A DNA stretch of 59,371 nt from a virus: positions 1 through 59,371 of IMG/VR virus record IMGVR_UViG_3300048918_000104, one strand, 5' to 3'. Made by a program: the position numbers and the translations under genes. Of this stretch, positions 7,108 to 17,246 are shown one piece after another; the stretch's first letter is position 1, and each line of letters opens with the position of its first letter. Below the pieces are notes generated by a model. It was not told the origin of the DNA. It did no database searches and worked only from the letters and a program-made list of their open reading frames with translations.

Positions 7108-9162
7108 ATGGCTTATGTTGACTTCGCAGACGAACTGCACTTCGACTTTGAAACGAAGAGCGAGACGGACTTAAAAACAGCGGGCCTCATGCGGTATGCA
7201 CTCGACCCCTCTACCGAGGCCATGCTGTGCAGCTACAAGTTCACTTCATGGGGCAAGAACGCCGTCCCGAAGCTGTGGGACTACAACGACACTCGTACCT
7301 TCCCGGCAGAGCTTGCCGACGCGATTGAAGACCCGCGCGTGATGAAGGTCGCGTTCAACGCACAGTTCGAGCGCAACATCTGCAAGCATGTTCTCGGCCT
7401 CGAAACGGACTATAAGTCGTGGCGCTGCGGCATGGTCCTCGCGTACTGCCTGTCGTTCATCGGCGGCCTTGGCGACATCGCAAAGCAGATCGGCGCGCCC
7501 ATCGACAAGCAGAAGATGACCGAGGGCGACCGTCTGATCCGCCTGTTCTGCATGCCCCAGCGCGTGACGAAGAACCAGCCCTACCGCTGGCGCGACAGCC
7601 TGACGGACGAGGAAGATTGGGAGACGTTCCGCGAGTACTGCATTCAGGATACGGTTGCTGAGATCGACCAGTGGAACAAGTTCATCAAGTACCCTATCGG
7701 CGAGAAAGAGTGGGACATCTACGCGTTCGATCAGGAAGTGAATGATCGCGGCTACCCGCTCGACATGAAGTTCATCCACAACGCAATCGAGATGGTCAAC
7801 AAGCGCAAGGCTGAGATCATCGCCGAGATGCGAGACATCACCAGTCTGGCGAACCCGAACTCGCCGCAACAGCTTCTTCCGTGGCTGCGTGAGCGCGGAT
7901 ACCCGTTCAAGGACTTGCAGAAGGCGAGCGTCAAAAAGGCGCTGTCGAACTTCAAGGACGCCATGACCGAGGATGCGATCAAGGCTGCAAAGCTGCGTCG
8001 CTGGTCGGCATCGACGGCAGCGTCGAAATATATGGTCTATGTCCGGCGTGAGGTCGGCGGTCGTTACATGATGGGTCTGCAGATGGCCGGTGCGCAGCGC
8101 ACGCGCCGACATGGCGGCCGGGGCGCACAGCCGCACAATCAGGCCCGTACACCGAAAGACCTCGAAGGAGATGGCCTACTGGAAGTAGCTACCAATCTGG
8201 TCCGTGACGGCGACTACGAGGGCCTGAAACTGTTCTCGAAGGAGCCTATGGAGGTTCTCGCGGGCTGCGTCCGGTCAGCGATTCGTGCGCCTGAAGGCAA
8301 AGAGCTTCGCGTCACCGACCTTACCTCGGTAGAGTCTATCGGCGTCGGATACGTGTCGATATGCGAGCGCATGCTCGACGTGTTCCGCAACGGCAAGGAC
8401 ATCTACAAGGATTTCGGCACGGTGATGTACGGCATCGCCTACGAAGAGATCACGAAGCAGCAGCGGACCGACAGCAAGCCTGCAATTCTCGGCGCGGGCT
8501 TCGGCCTCGGCGGCGGGACACTGAGCGAGGAAGGCGAGCGTACAGGCTTGTGGGGCTACGCGGAGAGCATGGGCATTGATATGTCTCAAGCGGATAGCCA
8601 TCGGTCTGTGACGGCCTTTCGTGACGACTATGCGCCGGAGGTAGTCAGCACATGGGGCGAACTGGACGCCGCCGTGCGTGGAGTCATGAAAGACGGCAAG
8701 CCGCGTACTGCAGGGCGCTTCCGGATCGAGTACCTGCGCCCTTTCCTGCTGATGTGGCTCCCGAGCGGTAGGCCTATCTTCTACTACAAGCCGCAGATCG
8801 ATGAGATACCTATGGTGAGTAAGGCCGGACGGCCCTACACCCGGTATCAGTTCTCGTACATGGGCAAGTCGAAGGTCGGCAACAAGTGGGTTCGTGTCAA
8901 CTCATGGGGCGGCAAGCTGATCGAGAATGGAGTCCAGGCGTTCTGCCGCGACGTGCTGTTCGAGAAACTGCTTGCCCTGCACGAACTCGACTTCTACCTT
9001 GTCCTGCACGTACACGATGAAGGCGTCAGCGAAGAGGACGAGGACGACGACGTTCACACGCTCGACGTGATGAATCGTGAGTTCCGGAAGCCGCCATCAT
9101 GCGCGCCTGACATGCCGATGGGCTCGGCTGGCTACTGCAATCCGTTCTATAAGAAGGACTAA
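7108..9162 (+). CDS. Family A DNA polymerase with 3'-5' exonuclease domain
   Basis: ExoI FDFET; pol motif A DLTSVES, motif B RTDSKPAILGAGFGLG, motif C HVHDE. Confidence 0.92.
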   Translation: MAYVDFADELHFDFETKSETDLKTAGLMRYALDPSTEAMLCSYKFTSWGKNAVPKLWDYNDTRTFPAELADAIEDPRVMKVAFNAQFERNICKHVLGLETDYKSWRCGMVLAYCLSFIGGLGDIAKQIGAPIDKQKMTEGDRLIRLFCMPQRVTKNQPYRWRDSLTDEEDWETFREYCIQDTVAEIDQWNKFIKYPIGEKEWDIYAFDQEVNDRGYPLDMKFIHNAIEMVNKRKAEIIAEMRDITSLANPNSPQQLLPWLRERGYPFKDLQKASVKKALSNFKDAMTEDAIKAAKLRRWSASTAASKYMVYVRREVGGRYMMGLQMAGAQRTRRHGGRGAQPHNQARTPKDLEGDGLLEVATNLVRDGDYEGLKLFSKEPMEVLAGCVRSAIRAPEGKELRVTDLTSVESIGVGYVSICERMLDVFRNGKDIYKDFGTVMYGIAYEEITKQQRTDSKPAILGAGFGLGGGTLSEEGERTGLWGYAESMGIDMSQADSHRSVTAFRDDYAPEVVSTWGELDAAVRGVMKDGKPRTAGRFRIEYLRPFLLMWLPSGRPIFYYKPQIDEIPMVSKAGRPYTRYQFSYMGKSKVGNKWVRVNSWGGKLIENGVQAFCRDVLFEKLLALHELDFYLVLHVHDEGVSEEDEDDDVHTLDVMNREFRKPPSCAPDMPMGSAGYCNPFYKKD

Positions 9163-9165
9163 AAG

Positions 9166-9453
9166 ATGGTCGATCTGTATCGGGGGAAGAAAGAATCGGT
9201 TCTGGAAAAAGACGCGAAGAAGTTCATGAAGACTCGCGGCTGGACTGTTCGAAAGATGAAGTGGCTCGACAGCAACGGTGCGCCGGACGACTTCTGCGCC
9301 CGCAACGGCAGGATCATCCTCGCCGAGTTCAAACGGCCGGACGACCCCGCGCCGACAGTCGAGCAACAGATTCAGCACGCAGAACTCCGGCTTGCTGGCG
9401 TCCAGGTGGAAGTTATTTCCAGCATCGAGAGGGTCTATGAAGTTTTCTATTAA
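9166..9453 (+). CDS. VRR-NUC domain nuclease
   Basis: 95 aa; GAPD ... AEFKR ... Q core in VRR-NUC order; sits between PolA and SNF2 helicase. Confidence 0.7.
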   Translation: MVDLYRGKKESVLEKDAKKFMKTRGWTVRKMKWLDSNGAPDDFCARNGRIILAEFKRPDDPAPTVEQQIQHAELRLAGVQVEVISSIERVYEVFY

Positions 9454-11101
9454 GCCGTGGCTAGAACGGCTTTTCGGCGAGGTCCTTCGGGGCCTCGATG
9501 CGCTTCATGTGTACCAGAAGACTGCCGTTCAGTTCCTCCGCGATACGCCGTTCAGCGCTCTCTTCATCGATCTCGGCCTCGGTAAGACAATCATCGTCGC
9601 GACGCTCATAGCCGAGCTACTGGACGAGGGTGAGTGGGGTCCGTGGCTCATCATCGCGCCGAAGCGCGTTGCACGGCAGACGTGGCCGCACGAGTTCAAG
9701 GAATGGCGGCATATAGCCCACATCAGCAACCGGCCGCCGTTCGACAAGCAGTACCGCAAAGCCCTCAAGGACGCTGCGAAGAAGAAGGTGGACTTCGAGC
9801 GCAAGGCTATGCTGATCGACGAGCCCGAGTTCGTGCGACCCGGCCTGAGAGAGCAGGAGGCCCGGTACGCCCTCTTCCATGACACGTTCAAGAAGAAGCT
9901 CGCGTTGATCGGTCGGCAGGAGCGTGAGCGCGTGTCTCACACCGAGATCGTCAAGGCGTTCAAGCGTAACCCCGCAGTCGTCCACATCATCAACCGTGAG
10001 CAGCTTGAGCATCTGGTTCAGGCATGGGGTCCGAATCGCTGGCCCTACCGGCTCGTCGCCATCGACGAGTCGCAGTCGTTCAAGAACCACAAGAGCGGCC
10101 GGTTCGAGGCTATGAAGGCGGTCCTGTACCGGCTGAAGCGTCTGCACCTACTGACAGCCACGCCAGCAGCGGAGACCTACGAGGACCTGTTCGCTCAGAT
10201 ATACCTGCTAGATCGCGGCAAGCGCCTCGGGTCGAACATCACCCGATACCGCGAGTCATACTTCCGGCGCGACCGCAGCGGTTATAACTGGAAGTTATTT
10301 CCAGGCATGGAGAAGCAGATCGCCGAGAAGATCGCCGACATCTGCCTGACGATGAAAGCTAAGGATTACCTCGATCTCAGAGAGCCGAAGACCATTCCCG
10401 TAAAGGTTCACCTTTCGCCCGACATGATGAAGGCCTACCGGCGCGCAGCGCGCGAAGCGGTCATCAAGGTCGAGGACAAGATCATCAACGGCGACACGGC
10501 GGCGGCCCTGCAGCAGAAGCTCATGCAGATCGCCTCGGGCTTCGTGTACGACGAGAACAAGAAGGCGTACGACCTGCATGACGCGAAGATTCAGACGCTG
10601 CGTGAGATCGTCGAAGAAGCTGGCGGCCAGCCGGTCCTCGTGTCGTACTGGCATAACGCGTCGCGCGAGCGGCTGAAGAAGGCGTTCCCGAAAGCAGTCG
10701 TGATGGACCCTGACGGCAAGTGTACGAAGGCGTGGAACGACGGCAAGATACCGATGATGCTGGTACAGCCTGCGAGCGCCGGAGCCGGTCTGAACCTGCA
10801 GCACGGCGGCCACATTCTCGTCGTGTTCGACATGTTCTTTTCTAACGAACTCTATACGCAGCTTGTCGGCCGTCTCGCCCGGCAGGGGCAGAAAGACCTC
10901 GTGCTGGTCTATCTTCTGATGGCGGTCGGCACTGTGGATGAGATCGCCCGCGTTGCAGTGATCGACAAGGAGGCCGGACAGCAGCTATTGTTCAAGCTGT
11001 TGCAGGACATCCGCGAGGCGGTCGCACGCGGCGACGAGATACCAGACTTCGATTCTGATGATGCATACGACGAACTACTGACGGACGATCTGAACTTATG
11101 A
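9437..11101 (+). CDS. SNF2-family helicase
   Basis: Motif I DLGLGKT, motif II AIDESQSF, motif VI GRLARQGQ; start taken at ATG 9437 (MKFSIKPW) rather than the Arg/Ser-rich ORF-track extension. Confidence 0.88.
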   Translation: MKFSIKPWLERLFGEVLRGLDALHVYQKTAVQFLRDTPFSALFIDLGLGKTIIVATLIAELLDEGEWGPWLIIAPKRVARQTWPHEFKEWRHIAHISNRPPFDKQYRKALKDAAKKKVDFERKAMLIDEPEFVRPGLREQEARYALFHDTFKKKLALIGRQERERVSHTEIVKAFKRNPAVVHIINREQLEHLVQAWGPNRWPYRLVAIDESQSFKNHKSGRFEAMKAVLYRLKRLHLLTATPAAETYEDLFAQIYLLDRGKRLGSNITRYRESYFRRDRSGYNWKLFPGMEKQIAEKIADICLTMKAKDYLDLREPKTIPVKVHLSPDMMKAYRRAAREAVIKVEDKIINGDTAAALQQKLMQIASGFVYDENKKAYDLHDAKIQTLREIVEEAGGQPVLVSYWHNASRERLKKAFPKAVVMDPDGKCTKAWNDGKIPMMLVQPASAGAGLNLQHGGHILVVFDMFFSNELYTQLVGRLARQGQKDLVLVYLLMAVGTVDEIARVAVIDKEAGQQLLFKLLQDIREAVARGDEIPDFDSDDAYDELLTDDLNL

Positions 11102-11751
11102 AAATGTATCCAGCCACACGAGAAGAGAGACCAGACAGCAAGGTACAGGACGCCGATTCGAGAGCAATGCTGTTCGAGGGAGCCAGCATTTCGCAGTTGG
11201 CCGCCCTGTTCGGTCGGGACAACCGCACCATTACGCAGAAGATTCAGGGACTGCGATCTGTCGGCAAGCGCGCCGGACATCCCATCTACAAGATCAGCGA
11301 GGCCGCAGCATATCTGGTCAAGCCTATCGGCGATATCGAGGATCACATCAAGAAGATGTCTCCTGATGATCTGCCTCCGCGTCTGCTGAAGGAGTTTTGG
11401 GCGGGCCAGCACGCGCGCCTGAAGTTCGAGGAAGACCGGGCCGACCTGTGGCGCACGCAGGATGTAGTCGAGCATTTTGCCGAGGCGTTCAAAGTCGCCC
11501 GCACGACTATCATGCTGGCAGTCGATCAGGTCGAGCGCATCACGTCGCTCACAGACACTCAGCGCAACCTGATGCTCGCGCAGATGGACCAGTTGATGAA
11601 GTCCCTGAATGAAAACCTTGTAACGGCATTCCAAAATGAACCTGACCGAACCTTTGAAGTTCCTTCCAGCGATGACGGACAAACCTCTTCAGGAGAGGAA
11701 CCCGAACGGGCCGCCGCAGAAGAGCAGCCAGACCCGGCAGAAGGTCTATAA
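11098..11751 (+). CDS. terS: Terminase small subunit (Nu1/DUF1441-like)
   Basis: 217 aa, N-terminal HTH-like ISQLAALFGRDNRTITQKI, directly upstream of and overlapping GpA-type TerL. Confidence 0.6.
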   Translation: MKMYPATREERPDSKVQDADSRAMLFEGASISQLAALFGRDNRTITQKIQGLRSVGKRAGHPIYKISEAAAYLVKPIGDIEDHIKKMSPDDLPPRLLKEFWAGQHARLKFEEDRADLWRTQDVVEHFAEAFKVARTTIMLAVDQVERITSLTDTQRNLMLAQMDQLMKSLNENLVTAFQNEPDRTFEVPSSDDGQTSSGEEPERAAAEEQPDPAEGL

Positions 11752-13807
11752 GAGCCTCGGCCGTGTCGTCTGCGATCTGGCGGAACTGTTCAAGCCGCCC
11801 GAGCGCCTGAAGGTCTCAGAGTCGGCCTCGATGTATGTTCACCTGAACAACCCCGGTGCATACACAGGGCCATGGCTCAATTCGACAGCGTGGTACATGG
11901 TCGAGCCGATGGATACGACGGTCTCGCGCAAGTACAGCGGCCTGATCTTCGTCGGCCCGGCGCAGTGCGGCAAGACGCAGGCGCTCCTGCTCAACGTGAT
12001 CGCGCACCACGTCAAGGTCGATCCGATGGACATTCTGATGTTCTGTCCGACGCAGGCAGCAGCGCGCGACTTCTCGATGCGTCGTATCGACCGTATGCAC
12101 CGCAACTCGCCGGAGATCGGTCGGCTGCTCGGGGCGTCGTCGGATGCCGATAACAAGTTCGACAAAATGTACGTCAACGGCATGATGCTTACGCTGTCGT
12201 GGCCGTCAGTCACCGAGTTCGCAGGCCGTCCAGTCGGCATCGTGCTTCTGACAGACTACGACCGCATGCCGGACGACATCGACGGCGAAGGCGCACCCTA
12301 CCCGCTCGCTCAGAAGCGCACGACGACCTTCAGATCGTTCGCCATGGCTCTCGCGGAGTCGTCTCCATCCCGAGAGGTCGAAAACCCTAAATGGATTCGC
12401 CAGACGCCGCATGAAGCGCCTCCATGCAAAGGCATCCTCGGTCTGTATAACCAGGGCGACCGCCGACGCCGCTACTGGCCGTGCCCGGATTGTGGAAGTT
12501 ACTTCGAAGCCAACTTCACGATGCTGGTCTATGAGCGCAAGACGACCAATCTGGAGTCGGGCGAGACTGTTCGCCTGCAGTGCCCGCACTGCGAGGCAAA
12601 GATTCACTTCGACCAGCGCGACGAGATGGACGCTATGGGCGTATGGCTGAAGGATGGGCAGTGGATCGACGAGAACGGTCGGGTATGCGGCGACGAGCCT
12701 CGTACCTCTATCGCGTCGTTCTGGCTCAATGGCGTGGCCGCATCGTTCGTTACGTGGCCGAAGCTCGTAGAGATGTACCTCAACGCTCTCGACGTGTTCG
12801 AGCGCACCGGCTCTGAAGAAGAACTGACGAAGTTCTATAACAACGACCTTGGCGAGCCCTATCTGCCGCGTAGCCGTGAGAACGATCGCCTTCCTGAAGT
12901 TCTGAAGAGCCGCGCCGAGAAGCTGGCGAAGCGGAAGGTCCCCGCCAACACGCGGCTGCTGTTCGGTACGGTTGACGTTCAGAAGAACCGCTTCATCGCT
13001 CAGGTGTTCGGCGTCCAGCCCGGCCTGCCGTTTGACCTTGTACTGATCGACCGGTTCGACATCGCAAAGTCGAAGAGGCTCGACGACGAGGGCGACCCGT
13101 ACATGGTCCGGCCGCATACGTTCCTTGAGGACTGGAACCAGATCACCGAGCAACTCATTGCGAAGACGTACGAGCTTGACGACGACTCGGGTCGCCACAT
13201 GTCCCTGCGCATGACGATCTGCGACTCGGGCGGTCGTGAGGGCGTGACGACGAACGCATACAACTACTGGCGTAGCTTCAGCACAGACGAGACGAACATG
13301 CCCTACGCTGGCCGCTTCCATCTGGCTAAGGGTGATCCGACACGCGGCGTACCGCGAGCCCGTATAACGTTCCCTGACTCGAACCGGCGAGACAGGTTCT
13401 CGGTCGCACGCGGCGATGTCCCGGTGCTGATGTTCAACCCGAACGAACTGAAAGATGTTCTCGCCAACCGGCTCATGTGTACGGTCCCCGGCAAGGGCAT
13501 GATTATGTTTCCGGACTGGCTCGAAGACTGGTTTTGGGCCGAGCTATGCGAGGAAGTGCGCGACGATAAGGGCTGGCAGAACCCGAACAACCGTCGAAAC
13601 GAAGCATGGGACTTGAGCTATTACGCCCTCGGCCTGTGCGTGTCGCCCCTGCTTCCGGTCGAAAAGATTGAGTGGGAGAGGCCGCCGCTTTGGGCCGAAG
13701 AGTGGGACAAGAACCCAATGGTTTTCAGCCCCGACAAGGGCAAGCCTTTTGAGCGCGCCTCTGAACAGGCGTATGATTTCGCGCAACTCGGCAAAGCTCT
13801 CGGATAA
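11636..13807 (+). CDS. terL: Terminase large subunit, lambda GpA family
   Basis: Walker A VGPAQCGKTQ, CPDCGSYF..CPHCEAK zinc motif, overall GpA-like order; start ambiguous (ATG 11636 or ATG 11672). Confidence 0.92.
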   Translation: MNLTEPLKFLPAMTDKPLQERNPNGPPQKSSQTRQKVYKSLGRVVCDLAELFKPPERLKVSESASMYVHLNNPGAYTGPWLNSTAWYMVEPMDTTVSRKYSGLIFVGPAQCGKTQALLLNVIAHHVKVDPMDILMFCPTQAAARDFSMRRIDRMHRNSPEIGRLLGASSDADNKFDKMYVNGMMLTLSWPSVTEFAGRPVGIVLLTDYDRMPDDIDGEGAPYPLAQKRTTTFRSFAMALAESSPSREVENPKWIRQTPHEAPPCKGILGLYNQGDRRRRYWPCPDCGSYFEANFTMLVYERKTTNLESGETVRLQCPHCEAKIHFDQRDEMDAMGVWLKDGQWIDENGRVCGDEPRTSIASFWLNGVAASFVTWPKLVEMYLNALDVFERTGSEEELTKFYNNDLGEPYLPRSRENDRLPEVLKSRAEKLAKRKVPANTRLLFGTVDVQKNRFIAQVFGVQPGLPFDLVLIDRFDIAKSKRLDDEGDPYMVRPHTFLEDWNQITEQLIAKTYELDDDSGRHMSLRMTICDSGGREGVTTNAYNYWRSFSTDETNMPYAGRFHLAKGDPTRGVPRARITFPDSNRRDRFSVARGDVPVLMFNPNELKDVLANRLMCTVPGKGMIMFPDWLEDWFWAELCEEVRDDKGWQNPNNRRNEAWDLSYYALGLCVSPLLPVEKIEWERPPLWAEEWDKNPMVFSPDKGKPFERASEQAYDFAQLGKALG

Positions 13808-13818
13808 GGGGAAACACA

Positions 13819-14058
13819 ATGGCACTATCAGCGGACGATCAGGTCCTACTCACGCAGCGACTCGCAGACGCGACGCTTGCGTACCATAAGCTCATGACCG
13901 GCATGCTCGCCTCGACGGTGGTAGACCAGAACGGTGAGCGGGTAACGTTCAACGCAGCTAACGCTGATCTGTTGAAAGCGTACATCGACGACCTGAAGGC
14001 GCAACTCGGGCTGGTCGATAAGTCAACGATGCCGACCGCGTTCAAGTTCATTTTCTAA
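13819..14058 (+). CDS. Head-tail joining protein, gpW family
   Basis: AYHKLMTG..ERVTF..LKAYIDDLKAQLG matches lambda W AALHDLMTG..RRVEF..LKKYIAELEVQTG. Confidence 0.8.
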   Translation: MALSADDQVLLTQRLADATLAYHKLMTGMLASTVVDQNGERVTFNAANADLLKAYIDDLKAQLGLVDKSTMPTAFKFIF

Positions 14059-14067
14059 AGGGATGTC

Positions 14068-15789
14068 ATGAGCGAGATTCTTAAACTGAAGGAGAAGGCG
14101 CTGACGGCCGGAACGAGCGAGCAGATGTCGATGTTCGGCTCGGATGTCGCGCCGTTCCGTGGCGCTGGATTCGAGGGGGCAGAGCGTCGGCACCGCGAGA
14201 CTGTTGACTGGCGGCCGAGCATGGCGTCCCCGGATCAACAGATCAACATCATCAAGCCACTTGCCGATGCGCGCTCGCGCGACATGGTGCAGAACGACGG
14301 CTATGCATCGGGGGCTGTGCAGATTCACCGCGACAGCATCGTTGGCGCGGAGTACCGGCTCAACGCTAAACCGGCGCATGAGGCCATCGCAAAGATCATG
14401 GGCACGAAGGCCGACCTGTCCGGCTGGGCTGAAGAGTTTCAACTTACGGTCGAGAGCCTGTTCGGCCTGATTGCAGAGTCCGAATCGTGCTGGCTCGATG
14501 CGTCCCGACGCAACACATTCACGGACCTGATCCGTCTGAGCATCGGCACGTATGTCACGTCAGGCGAAGTGCTGTCTACCGCAGAGTGGCTGTCGAAGAA
14601 GTCGGACGGCCAGCGTCCGTTGAAGACGGCAATCCAGCTAATCGCCCCGGAGCGCCTCTCGAACCCTAACGGACGTACCGACACACCTAATCTGCGTCGC
14701 GGAGTCAACCTCGATGATCGCGGCAGGCCGTTGAGCTACTTCATTCGCGGCGCGTACCCGACTGAAGTGACCGACCCGAACTCGTATCAGTGGACGGAGA
14801 TTCCTGCCGAGAAGCCGTGGGGCCGGAAGCAGGTCATCCACATCGTCGAACAGATGCGAATCTCGCAGACGCGCGGCATCAGCGACATGGTTGCGGTACT
14901 GAAGCAGATGCGGATGACGAAGCAGTTTCAGGAGATCACGCTCCAGAATGCGGTCATCAATGCGAGCTACGCGGCGGCTATCGAGTCGGAACTGCCGCGC
15001 GATGCGGTCTATCAGATGATGGGCGGCCCCGGTACGCCTCCGGCTCTCCCCGGCCAGGGTAACGAGGCGTGGCTTCAGCAGATCGGCGCGTACATGTCGA
15101 AGCTGAACGAGTACATGGAGGCGTCTGGCAACATCAAGCTCGACAGCGCGAAGATTCCGCATCTGTTCCCCGGCACGTCGCTGAAGCTCACACCGATGGG
15201 GACGCCGGGCGGCGTTGGAAGTGACTTCGAAGTCTCCCTGCTCCGCCACGTTGCGGCAGCGCTCGGCCTATCGTACGAAGAGTTCAGCCGCGACTACACG
15301 AAGACGAACTACTCGTCGGCGCGTGCGTCGATGGCGAATACGTGGCGCTTCATGCAGTCTCGCAAGAAGGTCGTCGCGGACCGCCAGGCTAACAACATCT
15401 ATCAGCTTTGCCTCGAAGAGATGGTTGCGCTGAAGATGGTTCCGCTCCCTCCGGGCATGACTCGGGACGACTTCTACCGCCCGATGATGAAGGAAGCGCT
15501 GTCGTCGGCTGACTGGATCGGCGCATCGCAAGGCCAGATTGATGAGATGAAAGAAACGCAGGCGGCACTGCTGCGCGTCAAGGGCGGCCTCTCGACGTAT
15601 GAACGTGAAGCGGCTCGCCTCGGTACGGACTTCCGTAAGAACTTCGAACAGCTTGCACGCGAACAGAAGATGATCGAACAGTACGGCCTGAACCTGAACA
15701 CTGACGTATCATCTCGCACGCTGCAGAGCGGCGATGGCGGCCCTGCTGACGACACGAATCCGAAAGACACGAATAAGGGGAGCAATTGA
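14068..15789 (+). CDS. Portal protein, lambda gpB family
   Basis: 573 aa, position between gpW and S49 protease as in lambda. Confidence 0.85.
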   Translation: MSEILKLKEKALTAGTSEQMSMFGSDVAPFRGAGFEGAERRHRETVDWRPSMASPDQQINIIKPLADARSRDMVQNDGYASGAVQIHRDSIVGAEYRLNAKPAHEAIAKIMGTKADLSGWAEEFQLTVESLFGLIAESESCWLDASRRNTFTDLIRLSIGTYVTSGEVLSTAEWLSKKSDGQRPLKTAIQLIAPERLSNPNGRTDTPNLRRGVNLDDRGRPLSYFIRGAYPTEVTDPNSYQWTEIPAEKPWGRKQVIHIVEQMRISQTRGISDMVAVLKQMRMTKQFQEITLQNAVINASYAAAIESELPRDAVYQMMGGPGTPPALPGQGNEAWLQQIGAYMSKLNEYMEASGNIKLDSAKIPHLFPGTSLKLTPMGTPGGVGSDFEVSLLRHVAAALGLSYEEFSRDYTKTNYSSARASMANTWRFMQSRKKVVADRQANNIYQLCLEEMVALKMVPLPPGMTRDDFYRPMMKEALSSADWIGASQGQIDEMKETQAALLRVKGGLSTYEREAARLGTDFRKNFEQLAREQKMIEQYGLNLNTDVSSRTLQSGDGGPADDTNPKDTNKGSN

Positions 15790-17210
15790 TGGCGACTAAC
15801 TCGTTCGCACTCTCTATCGCTAACCGCATGAACATGCGGGAGCAGCTTATGTGGCCGCAGGAGCAGACGAAGCTCACGGCATTTTTTCAGCAACTCATGG
15901 AAGTGGACGAAGGTCTGGAGCAGGCATCCGCCGAGATGCATCGGACGAAGCAGCTTCTGTCGGCGTACGGTTACGCCGAGGATTCGCCTCAAGCTAAACC
16001 ATTCGCGTATGCAGACGGCGTGGCGATCATTCCCGTACACGGAATGCTCGTGAATCGCTTCAGCTATGGCTGGTCATGGCTCACCGGCTATAATTTCATC
16101 CGCTCGCAGGCACAGGCCGCCGCCGCAGACCCCGATGTCCACACGATTCTGTACGACGTGAACAGCGGGGGTGGAGAAGCTGCAGGGTGTTTCGAACTGT
16201 GTGACGATCTGTACGCGTTGCGCGGCGAGAAAGACACTGTGGCTGTGGTGGACTCGTTCTGCTGCTCGGCGGCGTTCGCGGTCGCATCATGCGCAAGCAA
16301 GATCATCGTGACGCCATCGGGCTACGCTGGTAGCATCGGCGTCGTCGTCATGTGGGTCGGGTACAAGTCGATGTTGCAGAAGGCCGGGATCGAAGTGCAG
16401 TTCATCACTGCAGGAGATCATAAGGTGGATGGCAACCCGTACGAAGACCTGACCGATGAGATGAAGCAGAGCATTCAGGCCAACGTCGATCTTTCGATGG
16501 ACGCCTTTGTAGCACTCGTAGCGCGGAACCGCGATATGAGCGAGCAAGCGGTACGCGATACGCAGGCACGCGTGTATCGAGCATCAGAAGCGCAAACGGT
16601 CGGACTGATCGATATCGTTGCAGCGCCCTCAAAGGCACTGACGGCGTTTCAGGAAGCGATCATGAACGCGGATGACGAAGACGCTGACCCGAATGGTTCG
16701 GGCAGTAACGATGATGATGATGACCAATCTGGACAGGAGAACGCGATGGACCCGAAAGACAACGCAGCACAAGCAGCAGCCCCGGCCGCCACTGCGGCAG
16801 CACAAGCCGTAGCCCCGGCCGCAGCAGCGGCCCCTGCAGCGTCTGCAGCGCCCGTCGATGAGCAGGCGGTCCGCACGGCTGAACGCGAGCGTATGAGCGC
16901 GATCATGAACAGCGAAGAGGCGCAGGGACGTAGCGCGCTGGCGAACCATCTGGCGCTGAACACGAACATGTCGGCGGCCGACGCAAAGGCGATGCTGGCT
17001 GTCGCCGGTAAGGAAGGCGCTGCTGCCGTGGAACCTACTTCCAAAGAGGGAGCTTCGGCCTTCTCGGCGGCGATGGACGCAGGCAAGCATCCGAACGTGG
17101 GTGCGGGCGAAGGTGCGTCCGGTGCGGCGTCGGCAGAGATGTCGGCAGCACAGCGTATCCTTGCCAGCCAGGCGAAAGCTACCGGCAAGAAAATCGAAGT
17201 CAAGGCATAA
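15789..17210 (+). CDS. Head maturation protease (S49/ClpP-like, lambda gpC-type) with Ala-rich scaffold-like C-terminus
   Basis: VNSGGGEAAG and AGSIGVV S49 motifs; AAGGGGAG RBS; ATG 15789 overlaps portal stop (ORF track starts at TTG 15786). Confidence 0.85.
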   Translation: MATNSFALSIANRMNMREQLMWPQEQTKLTAFFQQLMEVDEGLEQASAEMHRTKQLLSAYGYAEDSPQAKPFAYADGVAIIPVHGMLVNRFSYGWSWLTGYNFIRSQAQAAAADPDVHTILYDVNSGGGEAAGCFELCDDLYALRGEKDTVAVVDSFCCSAAFAVASCASKIIVTPSGYAGSIGVVVMWVGYKSMLQKAGIEVQFITAGDHKVDGNPYEDLTDEMKQSIQANVDLSMDAFVALVARNRDMSEQAVRDTQARVYRASEAQTVGLIDIVAAPSKALTAFQEAIMNADDEDADPNGSGSNDDDDDQSGQENAMDPKDNAAQAAAPAATAAAQAVAPAAAAAPAASAAPVDEQAVRTAERERMSAIMNSEEAQGRSALANHLALNTNMSAADAKAMLAVAGKEGAAAVEPTSKEGASAFSAAMDAGKHPNVGAGEGASGAASAEMSAAQRILASQAKATGKKIEVKA

Positions 17211-17246
17211 GCCGCGACGCAACCGTAACTTTTCAGGAGAAGCAAG

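Noticed and set aside
9278-9436. N-terminal extension of the SNF2 ORF (start 9278), and similar extensions at 3775..3861, 46258..46359, 47204..47296, 51949..52074 and 52848..53057
   Set aside because: The extensions are Arg/Ser/Pro-rich and overlap upstream genes or promoters. Internal ATGs with good RBS or ATGA coupling give sensible proteins.
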